This document shows positions 9,300 to 18,695 of a stretch of 64,000 bases of DNA, piece by piece. The notes under the pieces were generated by a model, which was given only the letters and a program-made list of their open reading frames with translations, had not been told where the DNA came from and did no database searches. Every line of letters begins with the position of its first letter. Position 1 is the first letter of the stretch. This DNA comes from Ilumatobacteraceae bacterium (GTDB taxonomy: Bacteria; Actinomycetota; Acidimicrobiia; Acidimicrobiales; Ilumatobacteraceae): NCBI GenBank assembly GCA_041581055.1, contig JBFGCT010000001.1, positions 6,652 to 70,651 of the forward strand. Reading direction: 5' to 3'. Position numbers and translations under genes: made by a program.

Positions 9300-10126
9300 A
9301 CGCCGACGAGCAACAGCAGCGCCATCGGGTAGGCCAGCCAGGGGTTGGCGTGCGGCAGCGATCGCGCCTCGAGCCACCACGGTCCGGTCCACGACAGGTC
9401 GATCGGGAAGCCCCGGCGGCGCACGCCGTCGATGATCGGCTCGGCGACGACCTGCGCCCACAGGCTCCACGAGATCATCCGGCACACGCCGTAGAAGAAC
9501 ATCGCCCGGTACAGCGCGAGCAGCCCGCGCTCGGGGAGGACGCGGGCGAACCGCGCCCAGATCCGGGCGTCGGGCGGCACGACCGTGGTGCGCCAGTACT
9601 CGCGGGTCAGCACGCGCCAGCTCAGCAGCACGACGACCAGCCAGAACACGTCCATCGCCAAACCGAGGCTCGAGTAGTAGGCGGCGGCGTCGAGATACTT
9701 GCCGCCGTCGACCGTCGCCGCGTACGCCCACGTCTGCGACGTCCAGTTCAACGTGGTGAACGGCCAGAGCAGCATCGTGCCGACCGAGTCGTTGACGTCG
9801 GTGAGCGCGTGGGCGGCGAAACCGAGCACGTAGCCGACCGTGAACGCCCGGTTGCGCTTCCACAGCCAGAACAGCGCGGTGACGATCACCCCGAAGAACA
9901 TCGTGTGGGTGAAGCCCATCCCGGGCCAGCCGCGGTGCCACTGGTGCGGGATGTCGGCGCCATAGCGGGTGCCGTTGATCGTGAACCCGTACACCCAGAA
10001 CTTGGAGAGGAAGTCAGGTGTGAAGTCGCCGAGGAAGATCCCCCAGAAGCTGACCAGGCCGACCATCTTCTTGGGCAGATGGGCTTGAACCGCGTAGATC
10101 TCGAACTGGTGCGCCGCCCAACTCAT
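9188..10126 (-). CDS. Membrane-bound metal-dependent hydrolase (DUF457/YdjM-like)
   Basis: MSWAAHQFEIYAV...FLGDFTPDFLSKFW...GFTHTMFFGVIVTALF...GFAAHALTDVNDS, with multiple TM segments. Start taken at Met56 of the listed ORF. Confidence 0.7.
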   Translation of the reverse strand: MSWAAHQFEIYAVQAHLPKKMVGLVSFWGIFLGDFTPDFLSKFWVYGFTINGTRYGADIPHQWHRGWPGMGFTHTMFFGVIVTALFWLWKRNRAFTVGYVLGFAAHALTDVNDSVGTMLLWPFTTLNWTSQTWAYAATVDGGKYLDAAAYYSSLGLAMDVFWLVVVLLSWRVLTREYWRTTVVPPDARIWARFARVLPERGLLALYRAMFFYGVCRMISWSLWAQVVAEPIIDGVRRRGFPIDLSWTGPWWLEARSLPHANPWLAYPMALLLLVGVYWAAIRLWAPMGRAETRRRKRSRNGTQEVSGVHDSA

Positions 10127-10374
10127 GGCGACGACCGGCTTCGGCCCGTCAACCCGATCCGGTCGGTGAGCAACGGCCCGACGACGACGAACGCCACCAG
10201 CCACGCCGGCCCGACGAACCAGTTGAGCAGCCACTTGTGCCAGACGCCGAGCACGATGTAGGACACCGCGGCGGCGGCGTACCAGAACCACTCCTCGAAC
10301 CCGACCAGGCGCCGGGCGCCTCGGAAGTCGAGGCGGTCGCCGTCAGGACGATCGCTCACCGCACGGTCGGCCAC
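10123..10374 (-). CDS. Small two-TM membrane protein (hypothetical)
   Basis: C-terminal part of ORF 10123..10458 (FEEWFWYAAAAVSYIVLGVWHKWLLNWFVGPAWLVAFVVVGPLL). ATGA overlap with the downstream hydrolase start. Start codon uncertain (GTG 10374 or 10359). Confidence 0.45.
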   Translation of the reverse strand: MADRAVSDRPDGDRLDFRGARRLVGFEEWFWYAAAAVSYIVLGVWHKWLLNWFVGPAWLVAFVVVGPLLTDRIGLTGRSRSSP

Positions 10375-10459
10375 GAGCGGACAACCTAGTGTCCTGACCC
10401 GCCCGCCACCTCCCAGCCGCCAGACCGCCCCCACCTCCCATCCCGCCCGTAGCCCCACC

Positions 10460-10509
10460 GTTTGCGTCGCGATTGTGAGCGACCCCTCCCCCGAAATCGC
10501 GACGCAAAC
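10460..10509. repeat. Solo copy of a 50-nt palindromic element (15-bp stem, 20-nt loop)
   Basis: GTTTGCGTCGCGATT - 20 nt - AATCGCGACGCAAAC. The stems are identical to the three copies at 51207, 51304 and 51401. Confidence 0.85.
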
Positions 10510-10574
10510 GAGGGGGCGGGTCGGGTCGTCCGGCCCGTTCTGGTCAGCGGTCGCTGGGTAGCGTACAAACCGTC

Positions 10575-11099
10575 ATGAGCGCGACAGCCAGCGACAACAC
10601 CGAGACCGGCGACGTCCATGGCGACACGTTCGACTTCGCCAACCCGATCGACCGCGACCGGGCGCGGCGCATCGGCGAGGCCTGGATCGAACTGCGCCGC
10701 GGCGCCCGCACGGCCAGCCTGCGCGACTACATGTACGGCAAGGGACACCGGCTCGAACAGGGCCAGATGGACGCCCTCGACCTGCTCATCCGGAACGATC
10801 GGTCGATGCGCGGGCTCGCCGACCGGTTGCGCGTCGACCCCTCGACGGCGACGAGGGCGGTGCACCGCCTCGTCGACGACGGCCTGGCGGAGCGGTTCAC
10901 GTCGCCCGGCGACGGTCGGGTCGTCATGGTCCGCATCACCGAGGAGGGCCGGAAGCGCCGGGCCTACGTCGCCCGCCGGCGGTCGCGCGCCATGAGCCAG
11001 ATCCTGAACGCGTTCGACCGCGAGGAGCGCGATCAGCTCGCCGACCTGCTCGATCGCTTCATCGACGCGCTCGACGAAACCGTCCGGACACTCGACTGA
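10575..11099 (+). CDS. MarR-family transcriptional regulator
   Basis: Winged-helix region LADRLRVDPSTATRAVHRLVDDGLAERFTSPGDGRVVMVRITEEGRK. Confidence 0.85.
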   Translation: MSATASDNTETGDVHGDTFDFANPIDRDRARRIGEAWIELRRGARTASLRDYMYGKGHRLEQGQMDALDLLIRNDRSMRGLADRLRVDPSTATRAVHRLVDDGLAERFTSPGDGRVVMVRITEEGRKRRAYVARRRSRAMSQILNAFDREERDQLADLLDRFIDALDETVRTLD

Positions 11100-11134
11100 G
11101 GGCGATCGGGACGACCCGCTAGGGTCGATCCGTA

Positions 11135-11731
11135 ATGGCAGACCAGGCCACGTTCGCGGAGCAGGCGATGGAGTTCGCGCCGCAGCTCTACTCGGCCGCG
11201 ATGCGCATGACCCGCAACCGGGCCGACGCCGAGGATCTCGTCCAGGAGACCTACCTCAAGGGCTTTCGCAGCTTCCACACGTTCACCCAGGGCACGAACC
11301 TTCGGGCCTGGCTGTTCCGGATCCTGACCAACACGTACATCAACAAGTACCGGGCCAGGCAGCGCCGACCCGACGAGACCGACCTCGGCGAGATCGAGGA
11401 TCTCTACCTGTACAAGCGGATGAGCACGATCGACGACGCCTCGCTCGGCCGGTCCGCCGAGGAGTCGCTGATGACGATCCTCCCCGACGACGAGGTCAAA
11501 CGTTCGCTCGAAGGCCTCCCGGAGAACTTCCGGTTGCCGGTGATCCTCGCCGACGTCGAGGGATTCTCGTACAAGGAGATCGCCGAGATGCTCGAGATTC
11601 CGATCGGCACGGTGATGTCACGGCTGCATCGGGGAAGAAAGGCGATGCACAAGGCGTTGTACGAGTACGCCCGTGACCGCGGACTGGTCGCGGCGGAACC
11701 GACGGGCGAGGCCGTGGGGCAGGAGACTTGA
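11135..11731 (+). CDS. sigH: ECF sigma factor, SigH/SigR-like
   Basis: Region 2 motif [19 protein letters not shown]...[16 protein letters not shown] and region 4 motif [25 protein letters not shown]. Followed by a ZAS anti-sigma gene with ATGA overlap. Confidence 0.8.
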   Translation: MADQATFAEQAMEFAPQLYSAAMRMTRNRADAEDLVQETYLKGFRSFHTFTQGTNLRAWLFRILTNTYINKYRARQRRPDETDLGEIEDLYLYKRMSTIDDASLGRSAEESLMTILPDDEVKRSLEGLPENFRLPVILADVEGFSYKEIAEMLEIPIGTVMSRLHRGRKAMHKALYEYARDRGLVAAEPTGEAVGQET

Positions 11732-12000
11732 CGATGACCGAGTGCGACGAACCCGATTGCCGAGCGACGCTCCACGAGCTCGACCGGTTCCTCGACGACG
11801 AGTTGACCGTCGAGACGCGCACCGCGATCCATCACCACCTGGAAGGCTGCCCCGACTGCTACGGCGCGTTCGACTTCCACGCCGAGTTGAAGCAGGTCGT
11901 GCGGGCCAAGTGCAACAGCGACGAGATGCCCGCCGACCTGCTGTCGCGGATCGAGCGCTGTTTCGACACCGACCTCGACGGCGACGGCCAGATCGGCTGA
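11728..12000 (+). CDS. rshA: Zinc-binding anti-sigma factor (ZAS; RshA/RsrA-like)
   Basis: HxxxCxxC motif in [14 protein letters not shown] plus upstream Cys residues. Overlaps the sigma gene stop. Confidence 0.8.
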   Translation: MTMTECDEPDCRATLHELDRFLDDELTVETRTAIHHHLEGCPDCYGAFDFHAELKQVVRAKCNSDEMPADLLSRIERCFDTDLDGDGQIG

Positions 12001-12050
12001 ACGTCCCACCCATCGCGGGTTCACCCCGAGGGTTCGCTAGCCTCGGCGCC

Positions 12051-12203
12051 ATGCTCGCAGCCGAGATCTGGCACTGGTGGATCGGAATCGTCCTCGCGGG
12101 AGGCACGGTGCTCGCCGGCGTGGTCCTGCTCGCCGGGTACCTGGCCACCGTGACGTCCAAGCAGCACCCGCGCGGCAAGAAGGCCCGCGAAGCCGACCTC
12201 TGA
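12051..12203 (+). CDS. Small membrane protein (50 aa, hypothetical)
   Basis: MLAAEIWHWWIGIVLAGGTVLAGVVLLAGYLATVTSKQHPRGKKAREADL: one long hydrophobic stretch and a basic tail. Confidence 0.4.
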   Translation: MLAAEIWHWWIGIVLAGGTVLAGVVLLAGYLATVTSKQHPRGKKAREADL

Positions 12204-12213
12204 GCGCCGGCGC

Positions 12214-13137
12214 ATGGGGCCCGATCCGGCGACGGCGCCACGTGCGCGGCTGCTCCGCCTCCCGGGCATCGCCGCCCTGCTCGCCCGCTGCACGTTCGAC
12301 CCGCCGGGGTCGCCGGTGCTCTGCGCGCTGTCCGGCGGCGCCGACTCGACGGCGATGACCGCGCTCGCGGTCGCCGCCGGCTGCGAGGTGACCACCGTCC
12401 ACGTGCATCACGGCCTGCGCCCCTGCGCCGACCGCGACGCCGCCATCGCCGCCGACACGGCCCGCCGGCTCGGCGTCGGCTTCCGCATCGAACTCGTCGA
12501 AGTCGACGACGGCCCGAATCTGGAGGCGCGCGCCCGCGCCGCGCGGCGGCTGGCGTGCGGCCCGACGGCGATCACGGCGCACACCGCCGACGACCAGGCC
12601 GAGACCCTGCTCCTGGCGCTGATGCGGGGCTCCGGGGCCACCGGCTTGGCGGGGATGCGCCCTGGGCCGGCCCACCCGATCCTCGGGCTCCGACGGTCCG
12701 AGACCGAGGCCCTCTGTGCCGACCTCGGGCTGCCGACCGCCCACGACCCGACCAACGACGACCCGCGGTTCCGCCGCAACCGGGTGCGCCACGAACTCCG
12801 GCCCCTGCTCGACCGGCTCGCCGACCGCGACCTCTCCCCGCTCTTGAACCGCACGGCCGACCTCGTGCGCGACGACGACGATCTGCTCGACCAGCTCGCC
12901 GGCTCGCTCGATCCGACCGACGCGATCGGGTTGGCGGAGGCCCCGCTCCCCCTGGCGCGAAGGGCGATCCGCCGCTGGCTCGCCCGTGATGGGTACCCGC
13001 CGGACGCGGCGACCGTGGCGCGCGTCCTCGACGTCGCCGGAGGCGGATCGGTCGGCTGCGACGTCGGTGGCGGGCGACGGGTCGAGCGCTCGCGCCAGCG
13101 CTTGAGCCTTTGTGACGGCCCGCCGGATGGCGGCTAG
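12214..13137 (+). CDS. tilS: tRNA(Ile)-lysidine synthetase
   Basis: PP-loop VLCALSGGADSTAM and TAHTADDQAETLLL. Confidence 0.85.
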   Translation: MGPDPATAPRARLLRLPGIAALLARCTFDPPGSPVLCALSGGADSTAMTALAVAAGCEVTTVHVHHGLRPCADRDAAIAADTARRLGVGFRIELVEVDDGPNLEARARAARRLACGPTAITAHTADDQAETLLLALMRGSGATGLAGMRPGPAHPILGLRRSETEALCADLGLPTAHDPTNDDPRFRRNRVRHELRPLLDRLADRDLSPLLNRTADLVRDDDDLLDQLAGSLDPTDAIGLAEAPLPLARRAIRRWLARDGYPPDAATVARVLDVAGGGSVGCDVGGGRRVERSRQRLSLCDGPPDGG

Positions 13138-13183
13138 CCTGGCGATCCGGTATGCAGACTGCCAACGCACGGGGAGACCGCTG

Positions 13184-13690
13184 ATGCCCCCGCGGCTACG
13201 GGGGAAATGGGCGCTCGGCATCACGCCGCGCAACTTCACGTGGATCCTGAAAGACAAGCTAGCGATCTGCGAGCGCCCGGGCGGCGTCGGTGAGAACCAC
13301 CGGCGGGTGCGCCGCCAGGAGGAGATCATCTGGCTGCGCGAGAACGGCTTCGGCTGTGTGATCTCGATCATCCCGGCGCCCCACAACCTGCACAACTACG
13401 AGGAGCTTCAGCTCCCGTGCCGCCACCGCCCGTTCAACAGCGAGAACCTCGACGCCTACCTCACCGCGCTGTACACCGAGATCCGCGACCTGCTGAGCCA
13501 CGGCGCGAAGCTGCTGGTGCACGGCGAGGAGGTCGGCGACCGGATCGTCGGGGTGATGGGCGGCTATGTGCGCTGGTCAGGGCTGGTCGAGGACCCGACC
13601 AAGGCGATCCAGGTGACCGAGCGGCTGGCGGGGCGCCAACTCGACCCGTTCGCCCGCGAGGTCATCATGCGCGCCCACGAGCTGCGCTGA
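13184..13690 (+). CDS. Dual-specificity-phosphatase-fold protein lacking the catalytic cysteine
   Basis: DSP-like layout, but the P-loop reads LLVHGEEVGDRIVG instead of VHCxxGxxR. The ATG at 13184 is preceded by GGGGAG. Confidence 0.55.
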   Translation: MPPRLRGKWALGITPRNFTWILKDKLAICERPGGVGENHRRVRRQEEIIWLRENGFGCVISIIPAPHNLHNYEELQLPCRHRPFNSENLDAYLTALYTEIRDLLSHGAKLLVHGEEVGDRIVGVMGGYVRWSGLVEDPTKAIQVTERLAGRQLDPFAREVIMRAHELR

Positions 13691-13697
13691 GAGCCGC

Positions 13698-14402
13698 TCA
13701 GCCGCGGATCGGCGGCGAGACCGAGCACATCTCGTCGTCGACGACCAGCAACGGGAGCGGGTCGACCGGCTCGTTGCCGGGCCGCACCTCGAAGTGCAGG
13801 TGGTAGTTGGTGTCGTTGTAGATGCCCGAGGTGCCGGTGTTGCCGACGTAGCCGATCACCTGGCCGAGCTGCACCGCGTCGCCTTCCTCGAGGCCGTCCT
13901 CGTGGCGCGCCATGTGGAAGTACTTGTAGGTGACGTCGTTGTCCTCGTCGTAGAGCGTCCAGCCGTGGCCGGCGCCGTAGTTCAGGCCGGAATCGACGTA
14001 GCGCTTGGTCAGCCGGCCGTTGGCGACGGCGAGCAGCGGCTGATCCCGCGAGCCCATGATGTCGACGCCCTCGTGGAGCCGCGAGCAGGAGTTCCCGCGG
14101 CAGTCGCCAAAGTTGTCGAGGACGTAGCAGTCCGACGACGCCTCGATGGGGAAGATCAACATCCCGTCGGGCGGGGGCTCGACCGGCGGGGCGACCGTCC
14201 CGAGGCGGCGGGCGGGTTGCAGCGCGCTCCCGGGGTCGTTGAGCTCGCCGCCCACCCCGTCGGCGTCGACGACGCTCGACGCGAACCGCCCGAGGCCGAG
14301 CACGCCGAGCCCGGCGCCGACCGCGGCGGCGCTCAGGAACTGGCGGCGGGAGAGAGGCGTGCGTTCGCTCATGTGTCGGTCAGCGCCACGACGCGCGTCC
14401 AC
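13698..14402 (-). CDS. Secreted M23-family metallopeptidase (Tat signal)
   Basis: RRQFLSAAAVGAGLG twin-arginine signal, with HEGVDIMG and HLHFEV metal-binding motifs. Confidence 0.8.
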   Translation of the reverse strand: MDARRGADRHMSERTPLSRRQFLSAAAVGAGLGVLGLGRFASSVVDADGVGGELNDPGSALQPARRLGTVAPPVEPPPDGMLIFPIEASSDCYVLDNFGDCRGNSCSRLHEGVDIMGSRDQPLLAVANGRLTKRYVDSGLNYGAGHGWTLYDEDNDVTYKYFHMARHEDGLEEGDAVQLGQVIGYVGNTGTSGIYNDTNYHLHFEVRPGNEPVDPLPLLVVDDEMCSVSPPIRG

Positions 14403-14497
14403 GCGACCGTGACATCTGGTTCTTCGGCAGGGCGCAGCCGTCGCTTGAGCCCTTTGTGTGACGGCGACGTTACCGGACCGTCACCAAACCGACACAA

Positions 14498-15145
14498 TCA
14501 GAACACGACGCTCCCGTCCGGCGGGTCGAACACGCCGAGCGGGTCGATCGCCGGCCCGCCCGCCGGGTGATATTCGAAGTGGACGTGGCAGTTGCAGGTC
14601 TCGGGATTGCCGTCGTCGGAGTTCCCGGTCTCTCCGACATAGCCGATGACCTGACCCGCCGCGACCGAACTGCCCTCGACGAGCCCGTCGGCGAACGCCG
14701 AGAGGTGGGCGTAGAAGTAGTAGGTCTCGTCCGGCTCGGTCAGCACCCACGCGTTGCCGGATCGGCCGGCGCCGGACCCGCCGTCGACGTACTGCTCGGT
14801 GAGCACGCCCATCGCCATCGCGTAGATCGGCTGCCCGAAGTCGCCGAAGACGTCGATGCCCTGGTGGCGGCGCTCACAATCGGACCCCCGGCAATCGCCG
14901 AAGTTCGACAGCACGGTGCAGAATCCGTCGAGCGGGTCCAGCGGGAATCTCCGGAACGGTCGCCGTGGCTGGATCCTGCGCGCCGGCTCGACGGCGGTGG
15001 CCGCCGCGTCGAAGCCGCCGTCGCCCGAGCCGAGCACCGTCGGGGCGACCCGGCCGAGGCGGCTCAGCCCGAAGACGCCGGCGCCGACGAGGCCGACGGT
15101 TGAGCCGATCATCTGGCGCCTGGTGCGAGTAGCGTTGGGATCCAT
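14498..15145 (-). CDS. Secreted M23-family metallopeptidase (Tat signal), paralog of the preceding gene
   Basis: MDPNATRTRRQMIGSTVGLVGAG, HQGIDVFG, CHVHFEY. Start taken at Met35 of the listed ORF. Confidence 0.8.
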   Translation of the reverse strand: MDPNATRTRRQMIGSTVGLVGAGVFGLSRLGRVAPTVLGSGDGGFDAAATAVEPARRIQPRRPFRRFPLDPLDGFCTVLSNFGDCRGSDCERRHQGIDVFGDFGQPIYAMAMGVLTEQYVDGGSGAGRSGNAWVLTEPDETYYFYAHLSAFADGLVEGSSVAAGQVIGYVGETGNSDDGNPETCNCHVHFEYHPAGGPAIDPLGVFDPPDGSVVF

Positions 15146-16115
15146 GGCAGGGAGGCGGGTCTTCGTGAGCGGCGTGGGCGGCGAGCTCGGCACCCTCGTG
15201 GCCAGCCTGCTGGAGGACGAGCCTTGGGTCGGAGCGCTGGCCGGCATCGACGCCGACCCGCCACGTCGCAGGCTGCAGCGTACGACATTTCACCGGATCG
15301 ACCCAGACGAACACGACCGGATCGTCGACACCGTGATCGCGTTCAACCCGCACGTTCTGGTGCACATCGGCGTCTGGGAGCCCAACGCCAGGGCGGCGCC
15401 GCGGGTGGCCGCCTCGCTCACCGACCAGGCGGCGACATCGGTGATCGGCGCGGCGGCCGAGTGCCGGGCGCTCGAGCACGTCATCGTGCGTAGCGGGATC
15501 GAGATCTACGGGCGCGCCAAGGGGTCGCTGACCAGGCCCGACGAGTCGACCCAGATCAACCCGACCTCCGAGTACGGACACACCGTGGCGGGCATCGAGA
15601 AGACCGCCACCGCGGTCGGCCGGCGCATCGGGGTCACGGTCGGCGCGGTTCGTCTCGCCTCGGTCCTCGGCCCCCACGTCCCCTCACCGCTCGGCCGGTT
15701 CCTCCGGCTGCCGGCCGTCCCGTTCAGCGCCCTCGCCGACCCGCCGTTCGCGGTCATCGAGCACACCGACGCGGCGCGCGCCCTGGTCGCCGCGGCCCGC
15801 GTCTCGCTCGCCGAGCCGGTCAACGTGGTGGCGCCGGGGGCGATCACCTGCCTGCAGGCGGCCCGGCGCGGGCGCCGCCTGCCGATCCCGTTGCTCGGTC
15901 CGGAATGGCGGCTGGCGAAGGTCATGGCCCATGTCTTCGGCGCCCCGGTCCCCGACCACGTCGCCGAGATGCTCCACCGGGGTCGGCTCGCCGACAACGG
16001 CCGGATGGCCGAGTTGCTCGCGGTGACGCCCGACGCGACCACTCCGGATGTGATCGACCGGCTGTACGGCTGGCCGAGCATCATCCGCACGCCGGCCAGG
16101 GTTCGGGTCGCCTGA
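15144..16115 (+). CDS. NAD-dependent epimerase/dehydratase family protein
   Basis: MAGRRVFVSGVGGELG Rossmann GxxGxxG at the N-terminus, within ORF 14856..16115. Confidence 0.75.
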   Translation: MAGRRVFVSGVGGELGTLVASLLEDEPWVGALAGIDADPPRRRLQRTTFHRIDPDEHDRIVDTVIAFNPHVLVHIGVWEPNARAAPRVAASLTDQAATSVIGAAAECRALEHVIVRSGIEIYGRAKGSLTRPDESTQINPTSEYGHTVAGIEKTATAVGRRIGVTVGAVRLASVLGPHVPSPLGRFLRLPAVPFSALADPPFAVIEHTDAARALVAAARVSLAEPVNVVAPGAITCLQAARRGRRLPIPLLGPEWRLAKVMAHVFGAPVPDHVAEMLHRGRLADNGRMAELLAVTPDATTPDVIDRLYGWPSIIRTPARVRVA

Positions 16116-16864
16116 TGACCGACCTCGCCCGCGTCATCCCGCTCCCGGTGCGGCGCGGGGCGGCCGCCGCCGCATCGTCGGTCTCCGACGCGATGTCCGG
16201 GGCCGGCGCCGCGGCCCGCCGGGCGACCCAGTCGCCGGGCATGATCGACGATTGGGGCCGCGACCCCGCGCTGGTCCGGTCGCTGATGACCGTCGCCCAA
16301 CTCCGATGGGGTGTGACGCTCGGCGGCCACGACCGCCTCCCGAAGCGCAAGGGCGCCCTGATCATCGTCAACACCCGCCGGTTCGCGCTGGCGCCGGTGA
16401 TCGCCGCGTTCGCCATCACCCGGGCGACCGATCGCCCCGTGCGGTTCGTCGGGCGGCCCGACGACGCGCCGGTCGGGGCCTTCGCCCGACGGGTCGGCGC
16501 GCTGCTCGACAACCCCGACGAGGTCGGGGGCGCGCTCCGCGCCGGCGAGCTCGTCGTGCTCGGGGCCGCGCCGTCGACGCGCTCCCGGGAGGTCGGCATC
16601 ATCGATCACTTCCATGTCGGCGCGGCGTTCGCCGCGTCGGCCCCCGTCTACCCCGCGGCGACGACGAGCAGCCCGTTCACCCGCCACGCCCGGGTCGAGA
16701 TCGGCGACTTCGTCCGCAGCAAGCGACGGCGGCGCGGGCCGCTCAGCGAGCTCGAGCTCGCCGACCAGGTCGCCACCCGGATCGAACTGCTGCTCGACGA
16801 GTTCGGCGACCTCAACACCGGGTGGCCGTTCGGTCAATTCTCCTTCCGCGGGATCGGCCGCTGA
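16115..16864 (+). CDS. PlsC-like acyltransferase-family protein (HX4D motif not evident)
   Basis: TGATG overlap with the upstream gene. GALIIVNTRRFALAPVIAAFAI...RFVGRPD resembles lysophospholipid acyltransferase block I/II but is degenerate. Confidence 0.5.
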   Translation: MTDLARVIPLPVRRGAAAAASSVSDAMSGAGAAARRATQSPGMIDDWGRDPALVRSLMTVAQLRWGVTLGGHDRLPKRKGALIIVNTRRFALAPVIAAFAITRATDRPVRFVGRPDDAPVGAFARRVGALLDNPDEVGGALRAGELVVLGAAPSTRSREVGIIDHFHVGAAFAASAPVYPAATTSSPFTRHARVEIGDFVRSKRRRRGPLSELELADQVATRIELLLDEFGDLNTGWPFGQFSFRGIGR

Positions 16865-17721
16865 TGCCGTACGTCCGCGTTGCGGATGGCGCGCGCATCC
16901 ACTACTCGACCTTGGGGCGGACGAGCGCGGCGCCGATCCTGTTCATCCAGGGCCTCGGCGCCGACAAGAACGGGTGGAACCTGCAGCGGTTCGCCGCCGC
17001 GCCCCGCTATCGCTCGATCGCGCTCGACAACCGGGGCGCGGGCCGCAGCGACAAGCCGCACGGCGCGTACACCCTCGAGCAGATGTCCGACGACGCGATC
17101 GCCGTGCTCGACCACGCCGGCGTCGACACCGCGCACATCGTCGGCGCGTCGATGGGCGGCGCGATCAGCCAAGTCCTCGCCGTCGAGCACCCCGAGCGGG
17201 TCAGGTCGTTGACCCTCGCCTGCACGGCGGGCCGCAACCACCCGTGGCGCGAGGAGCTGCTCGCCAGCTGGCGCGACATGGCGCTCGAGCGCGGCCTCGG
17301 CTCGATGGGCAAGGAGGCGGCGCGCTGGGTGATCGGCCCACGCTCGTTTCGCCGGGTGCTGCCCGCGATCGGCTGGCTGGGTCCGCTGGCGCTCGGCCGC
17401 CCGTCGCACGCGTTCGCCGCCCAGGTCGACGCCATCCTGAACGTCGACATGACGATCGCCGAGCGGGTGCGCGAGATCGAGGCGCCGACGCTCGTGCTGG
17501 TGGGCAACCAGGACATCCTCACGCCGCGCGGCGACAGCGAGGACCTCGCCGAGCGCATCCCGACCGCCGAGTTGGTCGTGATCAGCGGCGCGGCCCACGG
17601 CTTCATGATCGAACACGCCTCGACGTTCAACCGCGTGCTGTTCGAGTTCATCGGGCGGGCCGAGGCCAAACACCGCGCCCAGCGCCCCGCCGGCCGCTCC
17701 CTCGACGCCGCCGCTGGTTGA
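16864..17721 (+). CDS. Alpha/beta hydrolase
   Basis: ILFIQGLGADKNGW..., nucleophile elbow HIVGASMGGAI, and C-terminal AAHGFMIEH. Confidence 0.8.
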   Translation: MPYVRVADGARIHYSTLGRTSAAPILFIQGLGADKNGWNLQRFAAAPRYRSIALDNRGAGRSDKPHGAYTLEQMSDDAIAVLDHAGVDTAHIVGASMGGAISQVLAVEHPERVRSLTLACTAGRNHPWREELLASWRDMALERGLGSMGKEAARWVIGPRSFRRVLPAIGWLGPLALGRPSHAFAAQVDAILNVDMTIAERVREIEAPTLVLVGNQDILTPRGDSEDLAERIPTAELVVISGAAHGFMIEHASTFNRVLFEFIGRAEAKHRAQRPAGRSLDAAAG

Positions 17722-18695
17722 TGCGCGTCGCCGTCATCGGGGCCGGACTCGCCGGGCTCGTCGCGGCGCGCGAGCTGCGGGCCGCGGGGCTCGACGTCAC
17801 CGTGGTCGACAAGGGTCGCTCGCCGGGCGGGCGGCTGGCGACCCGCCGGATCGGCGCCGCCCGGCTCGACCACGGCGCCCAGTTCTTCACCGTGCGCACG
17901 CCGGCGTTCCGCTCGCGCGTCGACGGTTGGACCGGCCGCGAGCTCGTGCGGGTGTGGGCGACCGGCTTCGACGGCGCCGACGGGCATCCCCGATACGTCG
18001 CGGTCGACGGCATGAACGCGCTGGCCAAGGATCTCGCCGCCGGCCTCGACGTCGAGTGCTCGACGATGGCGTTCGCCGTCCGCCCGGCCGAGGCGCCGTC
18101 GGCGCCGCGCTGGGAGGTGGTGATCGACGACGGCACGACGCGGCCGGCCGACGCGGTGATCATCACCTGCCCGCTGCCCCAGGCCTTCGCGCTGCTGGTC
18201 GATTCGGGGCTCGACCTCGAGAGCGGCCCGTTCCGCACCGACTACGACCGGACGATCGGCCTGCTGGCGGTGCTCGGCGCGCCCGGCGCCGTCCCCGCCC
18301 CCGGCGGCGTCCAAAATCCCGACGAGACCTTCGCGTTCGTCGCCGACAACCTGGCCAAGGGCGTGAGCGCCGTCCCCGCGCTGACGTTCCACGCCACGCC
18401 GGCATGGAGCGAGGCCCACTGGGACGACGGCGACGGCGCGCTCGTCGCGGCGTTGGAGTCGGCGGCGCGGCCGTGGCTGGGCGGCGCGCCGATCGTCGAG
18501 CGGCAGCTCAAGAAGTGGCGGTTCGCGACGCCGCGCACGGTCTGGCCCGACCCGTGTTGGCGGGGCGCCGACGGCAGCCTCGTCCTCGCCGGCGACGCGT
18601 TCGCCGGCCCGCGGATCGAGGGCGCCCACAACTCCGGGCTCGCCGCGGCCCACGCGCTGATCGACGGGGCGGACCGCCCGCGATCAGGGCGCTGA
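17721..18695 (+). CDS. NAD(P)/FAD-dependent oxidoreductase (amine-oxidase/renalase-like)
   Basis: MRVAVIGAGLAGLVAARELRAAGLDVTVVDKGRSPGGRLATRR dinucleotide-binding motif. TGATG overlap with the upstream gene. Confidence 0.8.
   Translation: MRVAVIGAGLAGLVAARELRAAGLDVTVVDKGRSPGGRLATRRIGAARLDHGAQFFTVRTPAFRSRVDGWTGRELVRVWATGFDGADGHPRYVAVDGMNALAKDLAAGLDVECSTMAFAVRPAEAPSAPRWEVVIDDGTTRPADAVIITCPLPQAFALLVDSGLDLESGPFRTDYDRTIGLLAVLGAPGAVPAPGGVQNPDETFAFVADNLAKGVSAVPALTFHATPAWSEAHWDDGDGALVAALESAARPWLGGAPIVERQLKKWRFATPRTVWPDPCWRGADGSLVLAGDAFAGPRIEGAHNSGLAAAHALIDGADRPRSGR

Noticed and set aside
11104-11134. SigH/SigR-type autoregulatory promoter (GGGAC-N18-CGTA) just upstream of sigH
   Set aside because: The match to GGAAT/GGAAC-N17-18-GTT is weak. 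The geometry would also place the transcription start inside or past the start codon.
14373-14497. c-di-AMP (ydaO-type) riboswitch upstream of the M23 peptidase gene
   Set aside because: Cell-wall hydrolases are frequent ydaO targets in Actinobacteria. But the leader is short, and I could not find the conserved ACGGGG / GGGGA...CCCG pseudo-symmetric core. There is only a 7-bp hairpin, which is probably the terminator of the upstream gene.
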